Assembly: GCA_964016885.1 (NCBI GenBank)
Contig: OZ024745.1
Location: 80,724,001 to 80,788,000 of the forward strand
DNA: 64,000 nucleotides
Direction of reading: 5' to 3'
From: Eledone cirrhosa
Taxonomy: Eukaryota
The notes beneath the pieces were generated by a model. The model did no database searches. It was not told the DNA's origin and saw only the letters and a program-made list of their open reading frames with translations. Below are positions 38,701 through 50,597 of this stretch, piece after piece (the first letter of the stretch is position 1; the number at the start of each line of letters is the position of its first letter). Position numbers and translations under genes: made by a program.

Positions 38701-41700
38701 ATCAGATGTTTACATTTCTGAAATTTCATCCGACGATGATTGTTGTTGTTTTGAAAGTGAAAACGAAGGAGATCTCCAGGACGCCATTGAAAATATTACA
38801 GCAACATGATTGAAAAATACCACACCAATATATGTTCCCGATTTTATTCAAAATACTGGTCCACAACACACATTAGCTCCCGATACTAAAGCACTGGATT
38901 ATTTCTTTTTGTTTTTACCACAAACTTTCTTTGAAGTTGTGGCAGAAGAGATTAATCGATATGCCCAACAATAGATTTCAAATCGAGGAAAACCCGATCT
39001 GTTTGGCGACCGACAGATGCTGCGGAAATGCAAGCATTTTTTACTGTAAATATTATGTTCAGTATAAAACAATCTCCAAGACTGTGGAATTACTGGAGCA
39101 CTGATATAAGGTTTAATGATCCTTATCAAGTATTATGCCGAAAACAACGTATTTAAAATTAAACCAGTATTTGCACCTGGTTGATACTTCAAATGCCCCT
39201 ATTAATTAATTTCACCTGCCCATAAAAGTCAAATTTAACCAAAAAAAATCAGGTAAAATTATATAATTGTAAATTATTGATATTTAAACACCTACTGACA
39301 AAATTTCAAGCCTGCACATAGAAAATTAAGAAAATTACAAACAAATAAAATTGATAACCCTCTTGAGTATGATTAATTCAAAATAATTGTTTTTACTTTT
39401 GGCACAAGGCCAGCAAATACCCAGTGCATTACTGGTACTTTATTTTATCGACCCCGTAAGGATGAAAGGCAAAGTTAACCTCGGCGGGATTTGAACTCAG
39501 AATGGCAAGGGCCGTAACTCTATGCGTCAAAGCATGGCGTCCGACCCTCTACCGATACTGCTAATCCACCGCCCTTTGTGATTAATTCAAAATAATGCGA
39601 ACAGATAAGCAGGACATTTGAAAATTAATGCGAAGGGTTAAAGGTCCTTACATAAAATGATGCTGGGAAGTTGTAATAGTATAAACTTATTTATACTATT
39701 ATTAATGAAAGCATTAACACTAGGGGTGGTTTCAAGGAGTGTGGCCTATACACAAGCATAATCCACATGTTAACAGACATATAGGACCAGTGCTACAATT
39801 AAGCCAACTTGGCAGTCGCTTATGGCACATAACTCAGAGATTCAATACAGAATCTTAACAGATCAAAATACAATGTGTCTGAAAACAAAAAGGACTGGAA
39901 TGTCTGATCAAGGCTGATCTATGGTTAAACAACCATTACAGCCATCTTATTTTATAAATACTTCCCATTTTTTCATGCTCACATTTGCTATATTGAGAAG
40001 TTATATGTTAGAGTGTGTGTGTATGTTCAGGTAACAAGTTTTTCCATGCTAACATGGGTTGTTACTGCTAATTTCACCATCATCATCGTTTTAATGTCCT
40101 CTCTTCCTGTTGGCAAGAGTTGGACAGATCTATATTTGTATCTAGATATTGAGATAAACAGTCAAACACTTTCATCTCTCTTCATTGTGCCTTAAATTGG
40201 GAGCTAATTTGTGTCTATTGAGGTAAACATAGGCATGTTTGTTTTGTGTTTGATCTTACAGCTTGGCACATTGGGACTTCTTCAGCCTCAGGCTTCCCAA
40301 TGCTTCGTGAGTGAAATTTGGAACACAGAAATTGTGTGGAAGCCCATTATATGTGTTTGTGTTCATACTGCTTCAACAACCAGTGTCGTTTACTTACATC
40401 TCGGTGTGTAAAGACCAGTAGAATTAACCCTCTAGCATTTAAACATGCTGTATCTATCTACAATTAATTCACCTCTTTCTGTTCAAACCGGCTGTAACTA
40501 GCCACTCATACTTATATTAAGGCATTGTTCTCAAAATAAATAATATCAAAATCTCAGATTCAATATTATGTGAGATAAAGCCTTTACTGTGAAAATACAA
40601 TAGTATATATAGAACAATGTAAATGCTAAAGGGTTAAGTAACAAACTTAAAAATAAAGGTTGACATCTGGTCATAGAATACTGCCTCCAGCATTGAAAGC
40701 AGGCTTGAATACGACAGTAATTATAAATTTTAGCCAGGAATGTTCAAGGGTTTCTTCTTTTCTTTTTTTTTTATACATCTGATTGTATCACTAAAGGAAA
40801 ATTGTGTATTTTTACTATTTTTAATTTATTTTCCATAGGTGGCAACTTAGCAGAAGCTGTTCAGATACCAGTGTCAATCAGAAATTTAAAGCACATCATA
40901 TTTCAGATTGCTAATGGACTTAAATACATACATTCTAAAGGTTTAGTCCACCTTGACATAAAACCAGGTATGCATGAATAATTGTTTTTGTTTTTTGAGT
41001 GAGTGATAGATGTTAGTGAAGAAAGACATTGTGGAGAGAAAGTGATGGCCAGCAGTAAAGAAAGAGCTGTAGTGGGTACTAAATATGGATAAATTTGATT
41101 CTATCCTTCACCGATTCCTGAACCATGTCACGTGTAGTGTCCTTGAGCAAAACACTATTGTTTCAATATACTCAGCTGAAAATGAGTACCATCTGAGCTG
41201 GACTGGCATCTTGTCTAGGAGGGAAGGGCTCTTGTACTCTCGGTCGCTTAATGCCAATGACAACCAGGATAAGCACTAGTCAAATGATCCTCCAGACTTG
41301 AGACTAATTTTAGACTTTTAGATTCACTGAATATGTCATGGTGGAGGAGATTGCAAACAGACAAATCAAGTGCCACCCATCATTACACAAATGACACATT
41401 ACAGTGGAGAGGAAAGAGGGTGGGAGTAGTAAATGAAAAACTTAACAGGAATATAGTTAGTGAGAGATCCAATATAAATAAACATCCCAACCTCAGTTTT
41501 AATATCTGCTTTGCCATGTTTGCACTGGTAAGCAGCTTTTCTCCAGCACCACATGTCAGTACCCAATGGAGTGTTTTGTCATTTTCAGTTCTGTCTTCAC
41601 CATTTTATCCCATGTTTATCTAGTTCTCCCTCTTCCACAGGTACGATACACTTCTTTACATAGATGACGTCCTCCATATGTATCATATGCCTGTATCAGC

Positions 41701-44700
41701 AAAGTTTTCTCTCTTACACATTATATTTGATTACTCTTATAGCCAGTCTTTCTCTCAGATCATTTGTGGTTTGTTCATGCATTCTAATTTTACACACCCA
41801 GCAGTGTGTGCTTCATTTCTTTCTAGCTGTCCCAACTCTTATGTATTCAGTACCTACATCTTGCTACTGTGCAGCATTACAATTTATATACAAACATCAT
41901 ACTATGTGCTGTCCTAACTCTTATGTATTCAGTGCTACTGTGCACATATTGCAGTTTATATACAGACATCATTCAACTATCTGATGTCTAAACTCTTCAG
42001 TTTATATGCAAACATCATACAATCTGTTTTTGCCTAGAGAGAGAAACTGTTTTACATCAGATGTAATAATTTCCCTCAACATATTCCATCCCATTCTTAT
42101 TCTGGCTTCTTATGTTTTTGGAATACTCATCTTTACATTAGATCACCTTGGTAACAAAAGCCATCAGCTACTTCTGAAGAATCTTTCAAGCATTGGAGAG
42201 AACATATTTCATGTGTACTCTTACTAACTACACTTGTGTATCTGCCACATAAATCTACTAGCCATCTTTTGATACACTCTATGGAATTCCTACATCGCTT
42301 GTACACCCATATATTATATTAGATACGCTCCTTTTCTGCATATCAACCATTTCCCTGATGGGGACAACTGGTCTTAAGCACACTATTCTCTTTTATATCG
42401 TTATTATCAGAATTTTTAATGGTTTTACTCTTATTTATTTGAAGGTAACATTTTTGTTTACAAAGAAGAGACAGTTGAAAGCGGCACAGAATCATGTGGT
42501 GAAGATGACCCTGATTTTTCCCCTCAAATCACGTACAAAATAGGTTGGTACAATTGAATTCTAGCAAAATATCATTAATAAATATTTTGTAGAGTATGTA
42601 TCTGGTTATGGAGTCTCAAACATACGGCATGCAAACTACTTTTCTTTGGCCCATGGCAGAACATTTGAAACGGAAAGTTTTCTTCCCTAAATTTTGTACT
42701 TATTCACATATACTTGCTATATAATGCTTATTCATTTTGATGAAAAAAAATATCAGCTGTATTGCAGATTAAGATTATAACTAATGGAAACCAGGTACCA
42801 CCTACCCCATTTCACTTTTTGGCCTGCTGTACCTCTTCCCCCCAGGATGTAATGGCCCTTTTGTGTCCTTGAGTTTGCGACCCTCTAGCATTTACATTAC
42901 TCTATATTTACTATTGTATTTTCACAGTAAACACTTTACCTCACATAATATTGAATCTATGAGATTTTGATATCTATTTTGAGAACAATACCTTAACATC
43001 AGTATGAGGGGCTGTTTTGAACAGAAAGAGGTGAGAGATTTCTGGCTGGATACAGCTGGCTTAAATGCTAAATGGGTTAAAAGCTGAACTTTTCTGAATC
43101 TAGACAAGATTCATGAGCAGGTACTTATCTCCAACTTCCTGTATTGTTAAACAGATGAGAGGCAAATCACTTGAAAAAGATATCAGGTCAGTCTATTATA
43201 ATGGGCTTGACTATTAAGATGTCATCTCCTTTGTTGTGGGTGTAAAACTGTGGTAGTTTGTTGTCTGGTAGACTATTAACCCTGTAATCAACACACTCTC
43301 TCATTGGACCACCAGTCATGGGTTGTTTCAAATTTCCTGGATATTCCATCATGTTCTTGAGCAGGTTAGTCTACTGAACAATCTACAGATCAGCTGTAGA
43401 TCAGAATGTATGCATTGCTATGTGCTCAAGAAGTTTACTTTGCTATTACCTGGTTTCTTGTTTTGTCTTCAACCATAACCTAGTTGTTTAGATAGGAACC
43501 ATGTTGAAGCCCATTAAAAGAATTGTTCTTGCTCTTGGAGGGGAGACATAAGCCATCACTCAATTTAACATCATCACTTGGTCCTTTGATGCCTTTAGTG
43601 CAGTCTATATATTAGTGTTGCATATATTCTATTGTCATGTATATACCATTGTGTTGTATACTGTTCTATCATATATATATTTTGTTGTTGTCTATTCCAG
43701 GTGATCTGGGACATGTGACAAAAGTTTCTAACCCCAGAGTTGAAGAAGGAGACTGTCACTATCTCCCTAAAGAAATTCTAATTGAAGATTTTAGAAATTT
43801 ATACAAAGCTGACATCTTCTCATTGGGGCTCACTGCTTATGAAATGGTAAGTGATGTTGATTCCTTCCTTCTTTTACCATAATAAAAGGAATCAATCAAC
43901 AAGATCTCAGGCCTCATTCGGGTAACCGAGTGGGGTGGAAGTCATCAAATCGGACCAAAGAAACAATGTTTCCATCAGTTTTTTCATTGCTGATACTATC
44001 TAATGGTCACCACTCCTGACAGAAAGAGCAACATAAAATAAAGTGTCTTGTTCAAGAACACAACATATCATCCTATCTATGTGTTAATTTTGTGTATAAT
44101 AATACTATTTGATGTAGCAGAGAACTTGGTGTATTTATTATAAGAACTACAACATTATCCACTCTATAAAGTTTAGGAGTCTACTAGGTTCACCTGTGGG
44201 GGCTAAGTGGGTAATTATATTGTTTTAAAGTAATACAGTCAAGAAAAACAAAGTTTGACCCTTTTGTTAAAATATTCTTTAAAAACACTGCTGTCGATTT
44301 TGAAGGGATTTAGTATAATAACTTACTCATGATGGAAAATTTTTTAAATAAATATAAACACTTGCTCCCCCTGTTATTGGTGACTGCTTATGGTTTCCAA
44401 AGCACTAGTGTGGCCAGCAAATCTTACTCTCCTTTTACATACAATGCCAGATATGTGTGGGAGGATGGCATATATTTCTTTCAAAGTCAGATGTCGCCAG
44501 CTTATGTTCTGAATGTGTCAAAGTAGGCATAGGTTATGATGTGTAATTAAGAATGTATTGGGAAAGTCAGTATAATGTAAATTATATTTCCTATTCACAT
44601 TGTATCTTCTTTCCCAGTGTATTCCTAAAAAACTTTCTGTTGTAGAACCAGGCATGGTTTGGTATCAAAAGGATCAATTAGTAAGAAATGAGATTCAGTA

Positions 44701-47700
44701 GTTTTGTGGGATAGAATTGGAAGAATTTGCATTTTTGCTTTTCGTAACTTCAACCAAGAGTTTTAAAAAAACACTTCAGATTGCTGGGAGATTGGTAACA
44801 GGAAAGATATTTATTCCCCACCCAGGGAATGAGGGAGAGTCTCTCTCTTCTGCAATTTCCAGCTCTACTAAATTCACTTTCAATGTATTTGGCAACCCAA
44901 ATCTACAGTAGAATACACTCACCCAAGTTACCACATTGTGGAATCAAACACTAACAGTGTGGTTTGGAAGCAGACTTTTTAACCAGAGAGCCATGCTCAT
45001 CCTTCTCTGTTGAAATATTACTTGAGTTTAAAAAATATGTACCACTAATTGATTAAGGCGAATTTGATTGGAAATATGTCTTGTATCTGATTGGGAGAAG
45101 TAATATATTGTGGGAGGTGTAAAGATATGAAATATTTCAAGTCATATTACTTTTGTTGTTATCGTTTTGTGTATTTTTTATTCCAGGGTGGCGGTGGTCC
45201 TTTAACGAAAAATGGTGATCTTTGGCACAGTATTCGAGAAGATGGCTTACCATATTTATCACATTACTCTGCTGAATTTAATAAACTGCTAAATGTAAGT
45301 GACTCTTCTATTATTTGCCCCCTCAACTCTGTATATTTATTATATTCTTCTCTTATAACAATCGGTTGTTTCGCCATTCTTGTTTTACAATAAAGATGGC
45401 TTATCACTTCAAGCACATGCTCACACACTGTCCTTTGATTTGATATTCAGATGGCATTTTAAAAAAAAAATATAATTTTAAATAATAAAACATTAACTCT
45501 TTAACATTTAAACCTAGGTCTTCCTATTTATTCCATAGCTTCCATCAACTTTGAGTGCTCTGCATCTTTTTATACAGCTATCATCCTTCATACACATCAC
45601 ATGTCTACCAATGCAATCTCTTGAGCGCACTACATCTGATCCCTCTTATGCGTACTTTCTCTCTCAGTTCATTTATGCTTTGCTGTTCATGTATTACACA
45701 TCCATCAAAAGCATGGAAGCTTCATTTCTGTCCAATTTTCGCAAGTCCTCTGCACACAGTGCCTAGGTCTCACTACCATGCAGCATTGTTGTTCGTATAC
45801 ATGCATCATACAATCTGCCCTTCATTTTGAAGGGAAAAACTTTTGTAGTTAGCAGTGGTAGTAATTCCCTGAACTTTTTTCAACCCGTTATCACTCTGGA
45901 TACTGTGCTTTCGGAACTCCCTCCTCCATTGCTAATTTGGTCACCCAGGTAACAGAGTCCTCTGGGCATTTGAAAGAGCTTGTATCCTGTGGGCTCTTGC
46001 TACTTACTGCATCTGTGCATCAACCACATGTAAAAATCTACATTTTGCTAGCCTGCCTGAGATCCTACTACACCTCTTGTGTACCCATAGTTTGCATTTT
46101 TGACATAGGATGGAATTTCTACCTACTCCTTTTTTGCACACTAAGCGAGGCCATTTCCCTGAGGTGATCTGGACCCTGTTTTCCTTTCTACATACTAGAA
46201 CTTTGGTCTTTGACAAGTTAACTTTAAGACCTTTTGATTCTAGGCCATGCTTCCAGGTTTGGAATTTCTTCTCTAATTCTGTCGTAGATTCAGCTATAAA
46301 GGTTAGGTGATCTGCATGTAGAAGTTCCCATGAGCAGCCAGTCTTAAATGCCTGTTAGAGCCTGCAAGACAATAACAGGAGAGGGCTAACGACTAAGCCC
46401 TGATTGACCCCAACCTGCACGCTAAATTCCTCACTATAGTCATTAATTATGACCTTGCTGACTGTTCCTCTATATATGGCTTATACTGCCCTTACTAGCC
46501 ACTCGTATACTCCTAATTTTCTAAGTGCCCACCAGATAATGGAATGGGGAACTGTCAAAAGTTTTCTCCAGGTAAAGGGTTTACATTTAGTTAGGTACTT
46601 TAGTAGTTGCCTCACAAGGAAGAGGGCATCATTGGTACTTTTATCTGGCACAAATCCAAACTATCTTGTCTAGGTTAACTCGGTCCCTAATCAGTTGTGC
46701 TATAACTCTTTCTGTGACCTTCATAACCTGGTCAACCAACTCAACGCCTCTATAGTTTTCTGTCTAGAATATCTCCTTTGCTCTTGTAACTGTTGACGAT
46801 GATGTTGCTATGCCTGTCATTGGGTATGACACCATTTTGTACTACTTGATTTACAATATGGGTGACTGGTGAGAGCCACCATTCCTGATGCTTTCAGCAT
46901 CTTGGCAACTATTCCCAAAGGTCCAGCTGCCTTACCTGTCTTCTTATCCTTGATTGCCTTACAATACTACAGCTGGCCTCTCTGCTGGGTCTACTTGGGA
47001 CACTCTCTTTCTCCCATGCATTCTCCTCATTTAGTAGTTTTTCATAGTTGCGCTTTCTTTTCAGCATCTGTGAAGGCAAGTTTGCCATTATTATCTTGGA
47101 CACACTTCTCCCCACCAACATCACAGTTTTCCCTGACACGTTATCTTGCAATCCTGAACACCTGATACTTTTGGTCGCAAAACACACTTAATTTTTTTTA
47201 TTTTCTATTTCCCTTGCAAGGTATACTTGTCGCCTAGCTTCTCTACTAACCCTATTTTGCCATTCCTTCCAAGCCTGTCTTTTGGCCTTAATTGTCTCAT
47301 CTATCCTACTATTTCACTACCAAGTCACTTTCCTGATCCAACCACAGATTTCGTTTGTTGCTTTTAGTAGGTTATCTTTCAGGAGCTCTCACTGTTCCTC
47401 TATATCGTATGTCTCTATTTGCTTTTCCTTACTATTGAAGGCACCAATCAACATACTTCAAATTTGTTACTTGCTGATGGGTCCTTTGACTTCCATATTC
47501 TCCTCCAGGTTGTCCTCTGTTGCCAAGTTCTTCTAACCCTAACTATAAGGTTGCTAACTACTAGGTAATGTTGGGAGGTACATTCTTCACCAGGAAGGGG
47601 GCTTAGTGTTTGCAATTGTCACTCTGTCTTGTCTTCTGGTAAGCATAAAATTTATCTGGCTGGCATGCTCACCTATAGGTGATTAAGTGGTTGTCTCTTT

Positions 47701-50597
47701 TTTTGAAGTTCATGTTACAGATAGATAGCTCATTAGTGTGACAGGATTCCAGGAAACTGAAACATTCCTCATTACCAGCTCCAAACCCACAACCTCCGTG
47801 GATCCTGTTGAAGCCATTGCAGTATTGCCCGACATGCCCATTAAAGTCACTGTTGCTTATTTGGGAAGTAGTGCGCATTAGGGACTTGCAGACTGTAAAG
47901 TGGTATTTCTGATGGTTGGTTATGATTGGCTTCTGGCTGTAGAAACCATACCAAGGATGATTGGATGCTTGAGCAAAGCGTGGTGTCTCATTAGGTCTAG
48001 TGTCAGACAGTTCCAATTTGTCTAACCAATGCTGTCATGTAAAACACATAAAATGATGATATAAGTATGTGTGTGGGTAAAGAAGTGCCAAGAAATCCTA
48101 GTAGAAGGAAGATGCAGTAGAGGAAGATCACGAAAAACATGGGTGGAAGTGGTGAGAGCAGACCTCAGATCGCTAGATCTCAAGGAAGAGATGACGAAGG
48201 ACCGTGACAAGTGGAGAGATGCTGTGCTGAATAGGACCTGTCCCACCCTTGCAAGCAGGGAAAAGCGGACATAAAATGATGATGATGTATGTATGTAGCC
48301 AGCATATCATGGATAGTGTTGGTGTCATGAAAAATTCACCCAGTACAACCAGTTGTTGGTGCTATGATAATATGCACCCAATACACTCTGTCGGTGCTCA
48401 GTTAGAGAAAACTTGCCAAAGAAAGAGTTAAAAAGACTCTTCAGCTGTGTCAAAGACATGACAAGATCCCTACTGCAGGTGCCACTGTAAAAAACTCCCT
48501 GTAAAGTGTGGAAATAGGACTTTCTAATGACCTTATATATGTCAAATAGCATATAACCTTAATGTTTATTTAATTCCCTTCTTTGTCAATTATTCTTGAT
48601 GGAATTGTAGCGGCACGGCCCTAACACATGGTGTGTCTAGGGCATTTAAAACTTGGCAGGGTTTATCCTTCTACTAGTTGGAGTACAAACAATTTCTTCA
48701 TGAGAGAGAGATAGATAGAAAGAAAGTGGGAGAGAAGAAGAAGAATCAATCTCAGTACTGGACTGGTACTTTATTTATGGACCTTAAAAGGAAAAAAGAC
48801 AAAAGTTTACCTCAACAGAGTGCAGTGAGCTAGAACAAATACTGAAGCATTTGTAGTCCAGCATCCTAATGATGAAAGAGAATGAAATGACACTGTTCGT
48901 TTTCTCTTCTACATTATCTGTTGTTGGTTTTCAATTAATAGTAATAATTGGTATAGATGTTTGTTTTCTCCTTTCTATGACTATGGAAGATTAAATGGTT
49001 GATGAGTGTAATATTTTCTATTCTCAGAACATGGTCCATGTAAACCCAGAATGTCGTCCAACTGCTTTTGCTCTCACCAAAAGCCAAATTTTGTGTCCAC
49101 AAGCAATGAAAAGTAAAACCCAACTTTGCAAAGAATTAAATGAGGAAAAACTCAGGAATTGGTTACTTTCTAAGTAAGTGTGGTATAAAAAAACCTGTTT
49201 ATTAAAGCACCTAATTTTCATTACATCATCATATTGTACATAAATAAACAAATGTATTCTATCTGTTCTTTTATTTTGTGTGTGTCTGAGAATTACCGTT
49301 TTACGTCCGTTCTTCCACGCTAGCATGGGTTAGACGGGTTGTCCTGTTGTGGGCAGTGTCCGGTTGGCTGATCTTGTCTTGCTCATACGGGAACTGATTC
49401 TGTATATATATATACACATACAGTCAATCAACTTTCATCAAATCGGACTGAGGAAACAATGTTTCCATTGGTCTTTCCAATCTATTGGTTGCAAATCCAA
49501 GTAGAAGTAGCAACGTGAAGTAAAGTGTCTTGCTCAAGGACATAGTGCATTGTCCGGTTCAGGAATCAAACTCACAACCTCATGATTGCCAATCCAATTC
49601 TCTAACCACTCAGATATGATTTAGATAGGACTTCTGCCTGGCATTCTTCTATTTGTCTCGATTCTGTGTCATTTTGTTTTGAGAAACTTAGAATTTTAAA
49701 AACATATCAAACCTTAGACCTAGTGATATGATAAAAACAAATAAGTTGCTGTAAGCAGCACAGAAAATAAGTTAAGGATTCTTTCTTCAACTTCCTAAAT
49801 AAAGGTTCTGTTGGAACTATTCATTTATAGCTAATTCACTCAGTAAGAATCTTTAACTTTTTCATTACTATATTTCTAATGAAAGATGCTGCCTATAACT
49901 TTCAAAAATAATTTCTAAGTAAACAAGAATTTGAAGGGATTTACTAATGTAACTAATTTTGGTATTTGAAACATAGCTTAACAAAAGTTTTTTTAAAAAT
50001 TATTTTTAGAATAAACAACCTTGCATCATACAACCAATGGTAGTTTCAGCTGGGTTTGTATTAAAATGATTAATTTGGTGATTGGTTCTTTGATAAACAG
50101 TAATAAATACCTGCTCATGGATCACAAGTTCTGTATAACCCACTCCAATTTCATTTGTATACTCATTTTTGTTGTTGCAAATTTGCTAGTATGGAAAAAT
50201 GGATGTAGATCAATTAAAACAATGTTCAGCCTTTATGAAAACTAAAAAATAATTTATTATATATATATATATATATATATAATAAATTTTTTAGTTTTCA
50301 TAAAAGTTCTTGATTGATGGTGCATGTGAGATTAATGTATTGACATCATGAAACTACCTACAAAAACATGTTTAGTTGTTATGTATTTTTAGTATTATAT
50401 ATTTATAGATACTATGGTAATTGGTGTACATTTTTGTTTTTATTTCTTACTGGTATTTTTTTCTTCTCTGCAGGAAACTAGAATCCAAAAAGTGTTGCTG
50501 TAAAATTCCAACAGATAAATGTTCACGACAGAAGTGTAAATCTTCAAGACTAATAGGCCATGGCATTAAACGGAGTTTTAGTTTGTCAGACATTTGA
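25979..50597 (+). CDS. wee1: Wee1-like protein kinase, 10 coding exons: join(25979..26790,35222..35273,35391..35560,37188..37309,40839..40967,42445..42543,43701..43846,45187..45294,49028..49173,50474..50597), 635 aa
   Basis: The spliced translation is open, with GT-AG introns in consistent phase and 1908 nt in total. Wee1 motifs: [24 protein letters not shown] (Wee box), [75 protein letters not shown]-terminal SRLIG..RSFSL. Confidence 0.96.
29325..30265 (-). mobile_element. RTE LINE 3' fragment, same family (wee1 intron 1)
   Basis: [22 protein letters not shown]; shares the 3' end with 18622-20530. Further fragments at about 7440-7615, 34660-34805, 60290-60890 and 61620-61830. Confidence 0.85.
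33077..34041 (+). mobile_element. Non-autonomous Helitron/Helentron-like element
   Basis: 5' TC start; 3' hairpin cccgagcaacgccggg followed by CTAG|T. Confidence 0.55.
33563..33745. repeat. ~91-bp tandem duplication of a SINE-like fragment
   Basis: atatcctctatgaggtcactaaacctgctagaaacagcagc... present twice. Confidence 0.9.
35222..35273 (+). CDS. wee1: wee1 coding exon 2 (52-nt small exon, not in the ORF track)
   Basis: tttttgtag|G CAA TGT GAC ... CCA AAG|gtaaga; bridges phase 2 to phase 0 as required. Confidence 0.82.
35391..35560 (+). CDS. wee1: wee1 coding exon 3 (kinase subdomains I-II)
   Basis: ttttcaag|[16 protein letters not shown]...LGDGEFGS...YAIKKSK..GSQY GA|gtaagt. Confidence 0.95.
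37188..37309 (+). CDS. wee1: wee1 coding exon 4
   Basis: tttacag|...[41 protein letters not shown]|gtaagt. Confidence 0.96.
37635..38348 (-). mobile_element. Helitron-like fragment with terminal hairpin, interrupted by a SINE
   Basis: CTAG at 37635 adjoining the hairpin gcagaaaaaccaccc-ttc-gggtggttttctgc. Confidence 0.45.
38067..38250 (+). mobile_element. Full-length tRNA-derived SINE (octopod-type)
   Basis: A box, B box GAGTTCAAATCC and core ctttgcctttcatccttacggggtcgataaaataaagtaccag; 15-bp target duplication attatttattcaaag. More than 10 partial copies in the window. Confidence 0.9.
38371..39637 (+). mobile_element. Internally deleted piggyBac transposon (wee1 intron 4)
   Basis: TTAA|CCC...GGG|TTAA ends; decayed transposase N-terminus ([13 protein letters not shown] acidic start; [20 protein letters not shown]; EMQAF; NYWSTD). 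Confidence 0.85.
39388..39578 (-). mobile_element. Full-length SINE, same family, nested in the piggyBac
   Basis: 18-bp target duplication tgattaattcaaaataat (39370-39387/39579-39596). Confidence 0.9.
40428..40633 (+). mobile_element. piggyBac-derived MITE; other copies at 34989-35137, 42881-43076, 51240-51427 and about 52944-53113
   Basis: TTAA target duplication; terminal inverted repeats CCCT(C/T)TAGCATTTA / TAAATGCTAAAGGG; interior similar to the 5' end of 38371-39637. Confidence 0.85.
40839..40967 (+). CDS. wee1: wee1 coding exon 5 (catalytic loop)
   Basis: ccatag|..GNLAEAV...[18 protein letters not shown]|gtatgc. Confidence 0.95.
42445..42543 (+). CDS. wee1: wee1 coding exon 6 (kinase insert)
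   Basis: tttgaag|..[33 protein letters not shown]|gttggt. Confidence 0.92.
   Translation, partial: VTFLFTKKRQLKAAQNHVVKMTLIFPLKSRTK
43701..43846 (+). CDS. wee1: wee1 coding exon 7 (DLG motif, activation segment)
   Basis: ttccag|..[26 protein letters not shown]...[14 protein letters not shown]|gtaagt. Confidence 0.96.
45187..45294 (+). CDS. wee1: wee1 coding exon 8
   Basis: ttccag|[36 protein letters not shown]|gtaagt. Confidence 0.94.
45515..47905 (-). mobile_element. Second RTE-clade LINE (APE endonuclease plus RT), degenerate, in wee1 intron 8
   Basis: [19 protein letters not shown] (APE), VGVNQG..SPLL, SKTKVL, CxxC..WVHKRCS; related 3' fragments at about 48060-48290 and 54580-54830. 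Confidence 0.85.
49028..49173 (+). CDS. wee1: wee1 coding exon 9 (subdomain XI and coiled coil)
   Basis: ttctcag|[13 protein letters not shown]...[23 protein letters not shown]|gtaagt. Confidence 0.94.
50474..50597 (+). CDS. wee1: wee1 terminal coding exon (14-3-3 type site RSFSL)
   Basis: ctctgcag|G AAA CTA GAA ... [21 protein letters not shown]; matches the conserved Wee1 C-terminus. Confidence 0.9.
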
